From: Bacteroidales bacterium
GTDB taxonomy: Bacteria > Bacteroidota > Bacteroidia > Bacteroidales > VadinHA17
NCBI GenBank assembly: GCA_035541795.1
Contig: DATKMR010000001.1
Location: 584,396-648,395 of the forward strand
Length of the DNA stretch: 64,000 nt
Direction: 5' to 3'
Made by a program: the position numbers and the translations under genes. Of the stretch, positions 10,748 to 21,027 are shown piece by piece (position 1 is the first letter of the stretch; each line of letters opens with the position of its first letter). Below the pieces are notes generated by a model. The model was not told the origin of the DNA. It did no database searches and saw only the letters and a list, made by a program, of their open reading frames with translations.

Positions 10748-10846
10748 TTCTTTTATTTTTTTAATAACAATGAGGGTACAAAAGTACCTATTTTTTTTTA
10801 AAAAATATAACTTATTGAAAAAAGGCGAAATTTTTGAAGGGGCCGG

Positions 10847-12046
10847 TCAGGTTTCTTTTAAAAAATTGACAGCTAGCCATGTCAGGTTGGCGACCCCTGT
10901 CTCAAGTCCCTCCTCGTCGAGATCAAAATCGGCGGTATGCAGGTTCCTTACAGGGCCTCCTTTTTTCCTGATGCCTGTCCTGTAGTAAAGTGAAGGGAAG
11001 GCTTCAGTAAAGAATGCAAAGTCTTCGGAACTCATTCTTATATCAAACATCTCAACCTTATCCTTACCCAGGAGCTCCTCGGAAAACCTTATGGCCCTTG
11101 CCGTAAGTGATTCGTCATTTACAAGAACAGGGTAACCATGCCCGATCTTCACATCAATTCTGACCCCATATTGCCTTGCGGTATCAGAGGCAATCGTGCT
11201 GATCAATTTCTTTGCCTCGTCCCTCCATTCTTCATTAAATGTTCTGAATGTGCCTGCAATCTCCACCTTTTCCGGGATTACATTTGTGGCCCCGTCACCT
11301 ATTATCCTTCCTATTCCAAGTACTGTTGGTACCTCTTTTTCCTCCTTCAGTGAAATAATAGTTTCCTTGAGCCGTGTTATCAGCTTTGAGGCAATATATA
11401 TCTGGTCTGTCGATGCACCGGGCAGCGCGGCATGACCTCCCTTTCCGGAGATGGTAATATAGATCTCATCGCTTGAGGCCATATACCTTCCGGCCTTGTA
11501 TCCGACCTTACCCGATTCCAGTTCGGGAAGCCCGTGCTGTGCAATGACAATGTCCGGCCTGGGATTATCCAGGGCACCAGATTCGATCATCAGTTTTGCA
11601 CCTCCGGGAACAAGTTCCTCCCCCGGCTGAAAAATGAGGAGAATTTTACCCTTAAGATGATCCCTGAGGTTAGACAAAATCCTGGCCGAGCCCAGCAACA
11701 TCGCCATGTGTGCATCATGGCCGCAGGCGTGCATTATCCCCGGCGTTTTACTTGCATAGCTGACCTCGTTTTTCTCATTTACAGGGAGGGCGTCCATTTC
11801 GGCCCTCAAGGCAATTATCCTATCACCGCGGAAAGCCCCCGTAATCTCCCCGATTATACCGTTACCGGCAATATTATTTCTGAATGGTATATCATTATTT
11901 TTCAGATAGTTACAGATATACGATGCCGTTTCGGTTTCCCTGAATGATAATTCGGGATTCATATGAAGATGCCTTCGCGCCAGGATGACCTCCTGCTTTA
12001 ATTCAGCGGCCATCTTCAGGATGCTATCCTTTAACTTGTCAGCCAT
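10847..12046 (-). CDS. M20D family amidohydrolase
   Basis: RRHLHMNPELSF, LRAEMDALP, MHACGHDAH, FQPGEE, SEDF. Confidence 0.9.
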   Translation of the reverse strand: MADKLKDSILKMAAELKQEVILARRHLHMNPELSFRETETASYICNYLKNNDIPFRNNIAGNGIIGEITGAFRGDRIIALRAEMDALPVNEKNEVSYASKTPGIMHACGHDAHMAMLLGSARILSNLRDHLKGKILLIFQPGEELVPGGAKLMIESGALDNPRPDIVIAQHGLPELESGKVGYKAGRYMASSDEIYITISGKGGHAALPGASTDQIYIASKLITRLKETIISLKEEKEVPTVLGIGRIIGDGATNVIPEKVEIAGTFRTFNEEWRDEAKKLISTIASDTARQYGVRIDVKIGHGYPVLVNDESLTARAIRFSEELLGKDKVEMFDIRMSSEDFAFFTEAFPSLYYRTGIRKKGGPVRNLHTADFDLDEEGLETGVANLTWLAVNFLKET

Positions 12047-12049
12047 ATT

Positions 12050-15000
12050 TTAAAAATCGAGACTGAAGGAAAGATAAAAAATCTTTGGAAGAATATACTG
12101 GTTTTCGACACCCCATGCCCAGTCTGCCCTTAAGAAATACCCGAGTACCTGGGCTCTTGCACCAAACCCGAATCCTCCCACTACCGGGCTCCTGTTCGTA
12201 TCGAGGTTGACCTCAACAGGGCCGTTCTTGATGACCTGGTTAGCCCATGCATTCTGGCTGTCCCATGGCGACTTGCCCGACCAGGCGCTGCCGATGTCCC
12301 CGAAGCCGACCACCTGGAGGCTGTTCAGAAAATTTGATTTAAGGGCATGCCCTGCAATATACCTTACAAATGGCCATCTGATCTCGCTGTTTATAAGGGC
12401 AAAGCTCGTTCCGTTACGGATATTCTGCCTGAAACCCCTCATGTTTGTGGCGAGTGCCTGGAACCCGTAATTATATCTTGTACTAACAGGTATTGACTGA
12501 TCGAACATTGTGGTGCCTCCAAACAGATTTCCCATCCAGTTATCAACACCGCCGAGGTAGTAGATGAGCCTTGTCGAGCCATATGAAGTGCTGCATGCAA
12601 ACCTGTTGGCCCAGATCAGCTCCCTCGAAATTTTCGTATAGTGCCTGAAATCAGCCCCAAGAACCACCATATCGGTCCTCTTCTGAATCTGGTTATAGAA
12701 TTCAGCCCATATCTTGAACCTTGTCCCGTAGAGGATATTAATACTTTTCTTGCGGGTATTGTCGTAAATCACTTCTCCTTTCAATCCTACCCAGTGCCTG
12801 GTTACATCCGGCTTATTGAGCGACTGAACATCTGTAGACAGAGTCACATACCTGTCCTGCCGGTAAAATACTGTTCCTTTAAGTGCAAGAACTGGTGAAA
12901 GGGGCCTGGACCACGACATGTAAAAATTATCACTGTGTATCTTGAAGAGGGAGGTATCTGTTGAGCTGCTGAAGGTCTGGCGGTGGTAAATGAACTGCTT
13001 GTCAAACTTTCCTTTGAGATTCTCAACACTCAGGAGGTATTCATTGCTGTCGAAATTACCTGCAAACCTGAATCCTCCGGTTATCTTATAATTTTCAAAC
13101 AAATCAAGCACTCCTATCCTGGTCAGCATATTAATTCCGGGATTAAAATATGGCGCGCCGCCATTATAAGCCTGGTATGAGTTATTGAGGAAGCTGAAAT
13201 CGATCTGCGTGGCAATGTAATTGTTATAGAACGACGGCTGGTATATCCTGGAAAGAGGAAGAACCAGTCCGCCTGTATCGAGATCTATGTTCATATAGTC
13301 CTTTCGCCACAGCTGTTCAAAATAATTTTGCTTCTCTTTTTCAAAAATGTAATGATTTATGTCGATCGGTTCATTCTTGACGTAGTACTCATAAAGCGGT
13401 TTTTTAAGGGTGTCGCGGCGCTTTTTATCCTCTGTAATAAGCCATTGCCTGAGGTGTTCAATACTGTCAGCCTTATGAAGGAACCTTACCTGTTCCTTCC
13501 TGTAATCGGTAGTCTTCATATCCCTGGCCGAAACAGACCCCTGTTCCTGGCCTCTTCTTACCAGGAATTTTCCCTTGTTGAAGATCACTTCGCCGTAGGA
13601 ATCTGAGTTAGACACTATATCGTGGTTAAGTATGTCGGTACTGTAGTTGGTAACCGGAACCGACTTAATATGATAGCTGTAGTGGGTGGCAGTATCGATG
13701 AAGCTGATCGCACTGTCGAACCTTGCTGAATACCTGTTTACGACCCCGTTGGTATTTCCAAGGTAGGAGAGGGAGGTTTTACTTGTGCTTATAGCCTGTA
13801 ACCTGTTGGTATACATTCCTTCATTGAGTCGTGTCAGGTTGCCGGGTCTTTTTTCAATGTCGTAAAGGAAGAGATCAAATGTGGGAGAGATCCTTTCATA
13901 TGGGTCCCCTGTGTTTTTAAGAGTATCACTGAGCCTGTTCGACGAGAAAAGAATCTGCGTTGATGAGTTCTTCAGGTATGTCGGATGAAGATCATCTGCA
14001 ACATCCCTTGTTATCTGATCGTTGGTCCCGGAAGCAATATTGTGAATGTAGATGTCGGTAATTCCGTCCTTAACGGCCGAGAAAACGAGCTTATCTCCCT
14101 CAGGGGAATATGAAAAATCGAGGACCTTATCGAAATATAGCAGGAGCCTGTTCTCTGTCTTCCTCTCTGCAGTGCGGTAGAAATAGAGACGAAGGTTTGA
14201 CTTTTCCTCGTTTATGAAAGTAAGTATCTTCCCGTTGGGATGCCAGGATATTACAGGGTAAGTATTATCGGTCTTGTGTTCATATTTCGGATCGGTCCTG
14301 AAAATAACCCGGCTTTTCCCGGTAGCCTGGTCGTAAAGCCAGATTCTTTTTCTCCCCCAGTCGTTCGTAACCCAGGCAATATACTTATTATCGGGGCTTA
14401 TCCTTACTTCCTGGATCAGCCTGTCTTTCTTAGGTTTCTTAAGAGCTCCTGAATTGCCGGGCGCAGCAATACTGTCGTCTGAAAATTCCTTTGCATAATA
14501 TGATCTCCATTCTTTTTCGAGGTCTTTGAGTTTTTGCCCGATTATGTAAAGAAACCCGTCATTCACATTTTTGTATATCTTGGTCAGGTAGACAATGTTG
14601 GGTATAAGCGGATCGCCGTACTGTTTTGCTATGAATCTCCAGAATGACATCCCTGCATACGCGGCGTCTTCATATTCAAGATGAGTGATATTCTTGTACC
14701 TGCCGCTCCTGAAACCGTCCTTAACCCTGTCTTCGGCTGTATTGTCCCAGCCAAAGGCAACATAATTCACCAGGCCGTTCATGTACCATTCCGGTGTCGC
14801 AAAGGATGTGGAGCTTGTGGTACGGTCCTTTACATCGGCGTTTGAAATCATCTCATTTACTATAACCTGAACTATGGAGGAGGCAATCTGCTTTTCATAT
14901 GCGACATGATCACCCTCGTAGTAGAGCTGTACCTTGTTTTTGATGATCCTGCTGTAACCTCCCAGGTTGTAATCTTCGTCGCCGAAAGTGACAAGTCCTA

Positions 15001-15355
15001 TATTCGACTGCTTGTATTCTGCCTGCTTGTTGTATATGATGAATATAAGCCTTTTGTTGAGAGTGTAATCGAAGTACTCCTCAACCTCCTTCAGCTTGCC
15101 GGCTGCATATTTGGCGGTGAATTTAGCCAGGTCATTGCCCTCTTCCTTGAAGTAACAGTCAAAATCATCGAACCTGTAGAAGGACCAGAAATAATCGTAA
15201 TACTGTACGCGGTTTTTGCCGAAAGTCATCTGCAACCCGTTGTAGAACTGTCCCTTCATCTGAACAGGAATGATGAAAACAATGAAAAAGAATATCAGCC
15301 TGCTGATAGATTTTCTGATCATTATACGGGACAAATTACTAACCTTCATCCTCAC
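12050..15355 (-). CDS. Large envelope protein: peptidase-MA-like N-domain, TolB/PD40 propeller, Omp85-like barrel
   Basis: FGKNRVQY, PEWYMNG, repeated SPD/WHPNG/YSPEG blades, MRGF, NSEIRWP, C-terminal YLSFSLDF. Start uncertain. Confidence 0.7.
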   Translation of the reverse strand: MRMKVSNLSRIMIRKSISRLIFFFIVFIIPVQMKGQFYNGLQMTFGKNRVQYYDYFWSFYRFDDFDCYFKEEGNDLAKFTAKYAAGKLKEVEEYFDYTLNKRLIFIIYNKQAEYKQSNIGLVTFGDEDYNLGGYSRIIKNKVQLYYEGDHVAYEKQIASSIVQVIVNEMISNADVKDRTTSSTSFATPEWYMNGLVNYVAFGWDNTAEDRVKDGFRSGRYKNITHLEYEDAAYAGMSFWRFIAKQYGDPLIPNIVYLTKIYKNVNDGFLYIIGQKLKDLEKEWRSYYAKEFSDDSIAAPGNSGALKKPKKDRLIQEVRISPDNKYIAWVTNDWGRKRIWLYDQATGKSRVIFRTDPKYEHKTDNTYPVISWHPNGKILTFINEEKSNLRLYFYRTAERKTENRLLLYFDKVLDFSYSPEGDKLVFSAVKDGITDIYIHNIASGTNDQITRDVADDLHPTYLKNSSTQILFSSNRLSDTLKNTGDPYERISPTFDLFLYDIEKRPGNLTRLNEGMYTNRLQAISTSKTSLSYLGNTNGVVNRYSARFDSAISFIDTATHYSYHIKSVPVTNYSTDILNHDIVSNSDSYGEVIFNKGKFLVRRGQEQGSVSARDMKTTDYRKEQVRFLHKADSIEHLRQWLITEDKKRRDTLKKPLYEYYVKNEPIDINHYIFEKEKQNYFEQLWRKDYMNIDLDTGGLVLPLSRIYQPSFYNNYIATQIDFSFLNNSYQAYNGGAPYFNPGINMLTRIGVLDLFENYKITGGFRFAGNFDSNEYLLSVENLKGKFDKQFIYHRQTFSSSTDTSLFKIHSDNFYMSWSRPLSPVLALKGTVFYRQDRYVTLSTDVQSLNKPDVTRHWVGLKGEVIYDNTRKKSINILYGTRFKIWAEFYNQIQKRTDMVVLGADFRHYTKISRELIWANRFACSTSYGSTRLIYYLGGVDNWMGNLFGGTTMFDQSIPVSTRYNYGFQALATNMRGFRQNIRNGTSFALINSEIRWPFVRYIAGHALKSNFLNSLQVVGFGDIGSAWSGKSPWDSQNAWANQVIKNGPVEVNLDTNRSPVVGGFGFGARAQVLGYFLRADWAWGVENQYILPKIFYLSFSLDF

Positions 15356-15522
15356 AAAATCTGTTCCAAAACACGGAGGAGAGACAAAACTAAGATATTC
15401 TCAAATAAATAATGACAAATCTGCCAATTTTATTGTTCCGGTGAAATTTTGTACCAAACTGCATAATATATTTACAATTTTGCAGTTTGTGTAATTTTGC
15501 ATTTTACCAGGAAAGCCTACGC

Positions 15523-16626
15523 ATGAAGAGATATATGAAAAATAACGCATTTATTTTGCTGTTGTTACTTACAGGTTCATCCGCTTTGGCGCAGCCGCAG
15601 ATGAAACTTGAATCCAATGAGCATGATTTCGGGGTATTCAGGGAAGAGGATGGAAAGAGAGAGTACACCTTCATGGTTTTAAATTCCGGGACCGAACCGC
15701 TTGTTATACAGAATATTGTTGCGTCATGCGGATGTACGACACCCAGCTGGACAAAATCGCCGGTGGCACCAGGTGCGGAAGGAAAGATAACAGCCGTTTA
15801 TGATCCTTTTAACAGGCCGGGCCCTTTCAGGAAGACTCTTACGGTTTATTCAAACTCGGGACCTTCACCTTTAATTCTCACTCTTAAAGGAGAGGTTAAA
15901 GGCAAGCCAAGGACCGAGCAGGATTATTACCCATGGCAGGTTGGCCAGATCAGGTTGTCGGGGAACAGCATATTTTTCCCGGATGTTCATAACGATGAGA
16001 AACGCATCAGGGTGCTGCCTTTTATAAATACGGGACTTTCGCAGGTAAAGATCGAATTTGAAAATGTCCCGGCCTATATGGAGCTTAGTACTGTTCCACG
16101 AACAATCAAACCCGGAGGCAGGGGACTTATCGAATGCGTCTTCTATGGCAGCAGGGCCGGCAAATGGGGTTTTGTCAATGACGAGATCAGAATAAAAATA
16201 AACGGAACGGCTGAATCTTCTCCGCTCATGATCCAGGCTCTTATTATGGAGGATTTCTCGAAGCTGTCGAAATATGATCGGATGAACCCTCCGGTACTAA
16301 AACTGGAGACAAACAAGATCGATCTGGGAACAGTTGTGGCAGGTTCCTTAGAGGAGGTTGAGTTCCCCTTTGTAAATGCAGGGAAGAGAGATTTGATTAT
16401 CAGAACTGTATGGGGATCATCAACTTGTTTCAGGATTAGCAATGGTGATAATCTTACAATTCCTGCCGGTGGCAAAAACTCGGTGAAGGCCGAATTCAGT
16501 ACAGAAAAGCTTTCAGGCAAGGTATCACGCATGCTCTATATATTTTCAAACGACCCTGCTAACCCGAAGATGATCGTGTCGGTTGTTGCAGATATAAGTC
16601 CGTTAAAGACAAAGAAGGTCAAATAA
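15523..16626 (+). CDS. DUF1573 domain protein (paralog 1)
   Basis: Signal peptide, HDFG, ASCGCTTP, C-terminal YIFSNDP. Confidence 0.85.
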   Translation: MKRYMKNNAFILLLLLTGSSALAQPQMKLESNEHDFGVFREEDGKREYTFMVLNSGTEPLVIQNIVASCGCTTPSWTKSPVAPGAEGKITAVYDPFNRPGPFRKTLTVYSNSGPSPLILTLKGEVKGKPRTEQDYYPWQVGQIRLSGNSIFFPDVHNDEKRIRVLPFINTGLSQVKIEFENVPAYMELSTVPRTIKPGGRGLIECVFYGSRAGKWGFVNDEIRIKINGTAESSPLMIQALIMEDFSKLSKYDRMNPPVLKLETNKIDLGTVVAGSLEEVEFPFVNAGKRDLIIRTVWGSSTCFRISNGDNLTIPAGGKNSVKAEFSTEKLSGKVSRMLYIFSNDPANPKMIVSVVADISPLKTKKVK

Positions 16627-16727
16627 TCAACCGGAATTTTTTTAATTGACTAAATAATAGCTCTGTTCAGGTCACTTTATTAAATTTGCACTGTTTTTAT
16701 TTTCGGCCTGATTTTTGAGCTGGTGGT

Positions 16728-16755
16728 GCAACCAATTCTTATAAAGTGTTGTTAT
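16728..16755 (+). promoter_or_regulatory. Putative ECF-sigma promoter GCAACC-N16-TGTTAT
   Basis: AAC-type -35 and GT-type -10 with a 16-nt spacer, upstream of DUF1573 paralog 2. Confidence 0.4.
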
Positions 16756-16822
16756 ATACAATGATCAGTACAGTTTAATAAACTCGGAACAGATAAATAT
16801 CAAATATTCATTATTATTCAGT

Positions 16823-17911
16823 ATGAAAAGAACAGCTTTAGTAATTTTGTCAATCCTGCTGAGTGCAATGGCCTTCAGCCAGCCGATGATGCAGGTATCA
16901 ACCAGCGAACACGACTTTGGACAATTCAAGGAAGAGGCTGGCAGGCAGACATATAATTTTGCAGTCAGGAATACCGGTGACGCACCGCTGGTTATTCAGA
17001 ATATTACTGCGTCGTGCGGGTGCACGACGCCCGACTGGACCAAATCTCCAATCCCTCCAAAAGGTACGGGGATGATTACTGCGATTTACGACCCGGCCAA
17101 CAGGCCAGGCGTTTTCAATAAAACTCTTACGGTTTATACAAATGCAAAGCCTGAAGTTATAGTGCTTGTAATAAAGGGTGAAGTTATTCCCAGGGAGAAA
17201 ACAGTAGAAGAGCTTTTTATCTGGCCCGTAGACTCTGTCAGGTTTGAAAGCAACCACCTTGCATTTACCAAAATGGCCAAGAATGAAGTCAGAACCAGAA
17301 CGATGGGAGTCATAAATACCTCGAAGGAAACGAAAACTCTTGAATTCGAAGGGATGCCGGAACATCTTTCGCTGAAAGCCAATCCTGCCGAACTTAAACC
17401 GGGCCAGAAGGGTATTATTGAAGGAGTCTGGGATGCCAACAAGGATACAAGGTATGGAACACAGACCGATATGGTAAGGGTAAAGATCAACGGGAAGCTC
17501 CAGGAGAATGCATATTTCGTGACATCAGCCACACTTATTGAAGATTTCTCGAAACTTTCAAAGGCCGAACTTGAAAATGCCCCGATTTTCAGGATTGAAA
17601 AAAATTCCGTTGACATAGGCACAATGGACCCGCAGACAACAAAAGAGGTAGTCTTCAATTTCACCAACGGGGGCAGAAGGGACCTTATAATCAGGTATAT
17701 CAAACCGACCTGCGGATGTACTGCAATACAGCAGGGCGGACCCTCAAATATCAGGCCCGGTGAAAGTGGCACGATAAGGGCCACCTTCAATTCCGGCAGC
17801 TATAAAGGCAAGGTCGTTAAAGTAATTTATGTTTATACAAATGATCCGGAGAACTCGGAAGTGGCTCTGACTTTCAACGCTGAAGTTGGCCAGAATGATG
17901 TTCAGAAATAG
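16823..17911 (+). CDS. DUF1573 domain protein (paralog 2)
   Basis: Signal peptide, HDFG, ASCGCTTP, KPTCGCT, YTNDP. Confidence 0.88.
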   Translation: MKRTALVILSILLSAMAFSQPMMQVSTSEHDFGQFKEEAGRQTYNFAVRNTGDAPLVIQNITASCGCTTPDWTKSPIPPKGTGMITAIYDPANRPGVFNKTLTVYTNAKPEVIVLVIKGEVIPREKTVEELFIWPVDSVRFESNHLAFTKMAKNEVRTRTMGVINTSKETKTLEFEGMPEHLSLKANPAELKPGQKGIIEGVWDANKDTRYGTQTDMVRVKINGKLQENAYFVTSATLIEDFSKLSKAELENAPIFRIEKNSVDIGTMDPQTTKEVVFNFTNGGRRDLIIRYIKPTCGCTAIQQGGPSNIRPGESGTIRATFNSGSYKGKVVKVIYVYTNDPENSEVALTFNAEVGQNDVQK

Positions 17912-17943
17912 CATATTGTAATAAGAGTTATATCAATATTGAG

Positions 17944-17974
17944 AGGGCGTTGCAGGTAATCTGGCGCCCTTTTA
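17944..17974 (+). terminator. Putative intrinsic terminator
   Basis: agggcg...cgccct stem followed by a T-tract. Confidence 0.5.
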
Positions 17975-17980
17975 TTATTT

Positions 17981-19093
17981 TTGACTGACAATAATTTAAT
18001 GCTGGAAGAGGATAAATTCAAAAGCGCCCTTAATGTTCAGAAAGGGATTACACAGCCACCGGCCGTGAACCCGCAATTCCTGAATAAAGCCGGGAAGACC
18101 AGGAAAAAAAAGTACTCTGCCGGGGAATATGTTAACGGCATCCTTTCTGGAAACAGGACCATCCTTAGCCAGGCAATCACCCTTCTTGAGAGTTCAAACG
18201 CTCATCATTTTGACACTGCACAGGAAGTGATAGAAGAATGCCTTCACCATGGTACAGGGTCGATAAGGATAGGGATAACAGGCGTGCCTGGTGCAGGGAA
18301 AAGCACTTTCATCGAATCATTCGGAAAACTGCTGACAGGGTCGGGAAGAAAAGTTGCAGTTCTGGCTATCGATCCAAGCAGTACACGTACAAGGGGCAGC
18401 ATACTTGGCGATAAGACAAGGATGGAAAGCCTGGGTGTAGATCCCAATGCATTTATCAGGCCATCGCCGGCTGCAGGAACGCTTGGAGGAGTCGCCAGGA
18501 AGACTCGCGAAACAATTATACTCTGCGAAGCTGCAGGATTCGATACCATAATCGTCGAAACAGTGGGTGTGGGGCAATCCGAAACTGCCGTTTCATCTAT
18601 GGTCGATTTTTTCCTGCTGATTATGCTGGCCGGGGCAGGTGACGAACTACAGGGTATGAAGAGGGGAATAATGGAAATGGCCGATCTCATAGCAATTAAC
18701 AAGGCTGACGGGGACAATAAAATCAGGGCCGAAAAAGCTGCAATAGAATTCCGTAATGCACTTCATCTTTTCCCGCATTCATCCTCGGGCTGGTCGCCCA
18801 GGGTGATGACCTGTTCAGCACTTGAACGGCTTTGCATCGATAATGTCTGGGGAATGATCTCAGAATATGTGTCTATGACCAGGGCTTCGGGTTATTTTGA
18901 AGAGAGACGAAAGGAACAGGCAATCATGAGGATGCATGATACCATTCTTGAACAGCTGAAGAATTCATTCTACAATAATGAAGAGATAAAGAGGATGAGC
19001 GCCAGTCTTGAGAGCCAGCTTCGTGAAGGTCTGATAACCTCGTACAAGGCTGCCTGGGACATGCTCAATAAGTATTTTAAAAGATGCCCCTGA
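17981..19093 (+). CDS. meaB: Methylmalonyl-CoA mutase-associated GTPase MeaB
   Basis: GITGVPGAGKST, AIDPSS, ILGDKTRM, ETVGVGQSE, GDELQGMKRG, NKAD. Confidence 0.93.
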   Translation: MTDNNLMLEEDKFKSALNVQKGITQPPAVNPQFLNKAGKTRKKKYSAGEYVNGILSGNRTILSQAITLLESSNAHHFDTAQEVIEECLHHGTGSIRIGITGVPGAGKSTFIESFGKLLTGSGRKVAVLAIDPSSTRTRGSILGDKTRMESLGVDPNAFIRPSPAAGTLGGVARKTRETIILCEAAGFDTIIVETVGVGQSETAVSSMVDFFLLIMLAGAGDELQGMKRGIMEMADLIAINKADGDNKIRAEKAAIEFRNALHLFPHSSSGWSPRVMTCSALERLCIDNVWGMISEYVSMTRASGYFEERRKEQAIMRMHDTILEQLKNSFYNNEEIKRMSASLESQLREGLITSYKAAWDMLNKYFKRCP

Positions 19094-19160
19094 TAATATT
19101 TAAAATATATCTTTGACACGGCATATTATTGATTATTAGATAAAATCCAAATTGAACCAA

Positions 19161-20282
19161 ATGAAAAAACTGTTACTTTTTTCTGTTATTGCAGCCTTCC
19201 TGGCTGCGTGCAGCACAACACCCAAAGAACCCCATTATACCCTTAAAGGTAAAATCAAAGGAGCCGACAGCACCCAGTTCTATCTCAGCAGAAGGACCGC
19301 TGGTAAATTTGTGAAATTCGATTCAGCCACTGTTGTAAAAGGTGAGTTTACTTTCACCGGCGGTAAGGTTAACTTTCCTGAAATGGTGTACTTTCTTACA
19401 AAAGACAACAGGAACGGACTTACCTTCTTCCTCGAAAATTCTGATATCACAATTGACGGTTCCCTGGATACTCTCTACAAGGCCAAGATTACCGGGTCGA
19501 AGGCCCAGCATGAATACGATTCTGCTAAGGCTTTAATCGAGCCGATTGAGAAAAAATACTCAGCACTTTATGAGATTTACCAGGCAGCCCAGAAAGCTGG
19601 CAGAAAATCCACCACCGACAGTATCGAAAAGGTGTTTGACGATCTGCAGAAGGAGAGTTCCGGTATTCAGAAAGAGTTTATAAAAAACAGCCCGAAATCA
19701 TATGCCTCACCAACCCTGCTTAAGATGCTTAGCTATGAAATGGAAGCAGATGAGATTGAAAGCCTTATCAAGGGCCTTGATACTACCTTACAGAAAACCC
19801 TGGTTGTGAAGGACCTTATAGCGCATATTGCGGTTATGAAAACCGTCGCTATAGGCCAGAAAGCTCCTGACTTCACCCTGGATGACCCCGACGGGAAGCC
19901 TGTACCACTCTTCTCTAAAGTTGGTAAAACCAAACTTCTCCTGGTCGATTTCTGGGCTTCATGGTGCGGACCATGCCGCCACGAAAACCCCAATGTGGTC
20001 AAGGTGTGGAAGGAATTTCATAAGATGGGATTCGACGTATTCAGTGTATCGCTCGACAGGCCAGGTGATAAGGATGGCTGGACGAATGCAATTAAGAATG
20101 ATCAGCTAACCTGGACACATGTCTCGGACCTTAAGTACTGGGATTGCTCTGCAGCAAAACTTTATGCCGTAAATGCTATACCTTCAAACTTCCTGCTCGA
20201 TAAAAACGGGATAATTATTGCTAAAAATGTGACCGGAGATAAGCTTCGTGATAAGGTAAAAGAAGAACTTTCAAAGAAGTAG
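19161..20282 (+). CDS. TlpA/AhpC-TSA thioredoxin-like lipoprotein (DUF4369 N-domain)
   Basis: Lipobox LAAC; DFWASWCGPCR; TATCTTTG promoter box at 19108-19115. Confidence 0.9.
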   Translation: MKKLLLFSVIAAFLAACSTTPKEPHYTLKGKIKGADSTQFYLSRRTAGKFVKFDSATVVKGEFTFTGGKVNFPEMVYFLTKDNRNGLTFFLENSDITIDGSLDTLYKAKITGSKAQHEYDSAKALIEPIEKKYSALYEIYQAAQKAGRKSTTDSIEKVFDDLQKESSGIQKEFIKNSPKSYASPTLLKMLSYEMEADEIESLIKGLDTTLQKTLVVKDLIAHIAVMKTVAIGQKAPDFTLDDPDGKPVPLFSKVGKTKLLLVDFWASWCGPCRHENPNVVKVWKEFHKMGFDVFSVSLDRPGDKDGWTNAIKNDQLTWTHVSDLKYWDCSAAKLYAVNAIPSNFLLDKNGIIIAKNVTGDKLRDKVKEELSKK

Positions 20283-20297
20283 GAATATATTTATATG

Positions 20298-20328
20298 AAA
20301 GAGGGTACCTGTCCGGTACCCTTTTTTT
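20298..20328. terminator. Bidirectional intrinsic terminator
   Basis: agggtacc-tgtcc-ggtaccct flanked by A and T tracts. Confidence 0.75.
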
Positions 20329-21013
20329 ATTCCGTGTCAGCGTTCTTTCGTTCCTCAAGAATAAACCCTGTACCTCTTACTGTCCTGATATCTATGCCTG
20401 TATCGTCGGAGACATATTTTCTCAGCCTGCTGATAAAGACATCCATGCTCCTTCCGAGAAAGTAGTCATCCTCTCCCCAAATTTCAGTGAGGATATCCTC
20501 ACGTGCCAGTATTTTATTCTTGTTGAGGATAAAATATCTCAGAAGCTGGGCCTCCTTCAGCGTCAGCTTTTCCTTCTTTTTCCCGCAGATCAGCTCAAGG
20601 GTATTGAACCTCAGAACTGTGCTTGATATATGGTATTCGTCATTCACTGATGAGTAGGCTCTTTTCAGGATGTTGTTCAGCCTCAGGATAAGAACCTCAG
20701 GATCGAAGGGCTTGGTAATGTAATCATCAGCGCCAAGCTTGAGACCTTTTACAATATCTTCCTTAAGGCTCTTTGCTGTCAGGAAGATGAATGGCATATC
20801 ACTGCTCGACTGCCTGATTTTCTCGGCAAGGGTAAATCCGTCCATTTCCGGCATCATCACGTCAAGAACACAGATATCAGGCTTATCGGCATTGAATTTT
20901 TCCCAGGCTTCTTTGCCATCGCGTGCCAGGTTGACTTCAAATCCACTGATTGTTATGTATTGTGAAAGGATATTTCCAAAATCCCTGTCATCTTCTGCAA
21001 TAAGTACTTTCAT
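20327..21013 (-). CDS. OmpR/PhoB family response regulator (RprY-like)
   Basis: AEDD, LDVMMP, GADDYITKPF, winged helix RSMDVFISRLRK, TVRGTGF. Confidence 0.93.
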   Translation of the reverse strand: MKVLIAEDDRDFGNILSQYITISGFEVNLARDGKEAWEKFNADKPDICVLDVMMPEMDGFTLAEKIRQSSSDMPFIFLTAKSLKEDIVKGLKLGADDYITKPFDPEVLILRLNNILKRAYSSVNDEYHISSTVLRFNTLELICGKKKEKLTLKEAQLLRYFILNKNKILAREDILTEIWGEDDYFLGRSMDVFISRLRKYVSDDTGIDIRTVRGTGFILEERKNADTE

Positions 21014-21027
21014 TGGTCACCCGTAAG

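Noticed and set aside
10574..10801. Plus-strand 75-aa ORF
   Set aside because: Antisense shadow of the ferredoxin.
16704..16719. Sigma-54-like site (cggcctgatttttga)
   Set aside because: Deviates from TGGC-N8-TTGC at key positions; not supportable alone.
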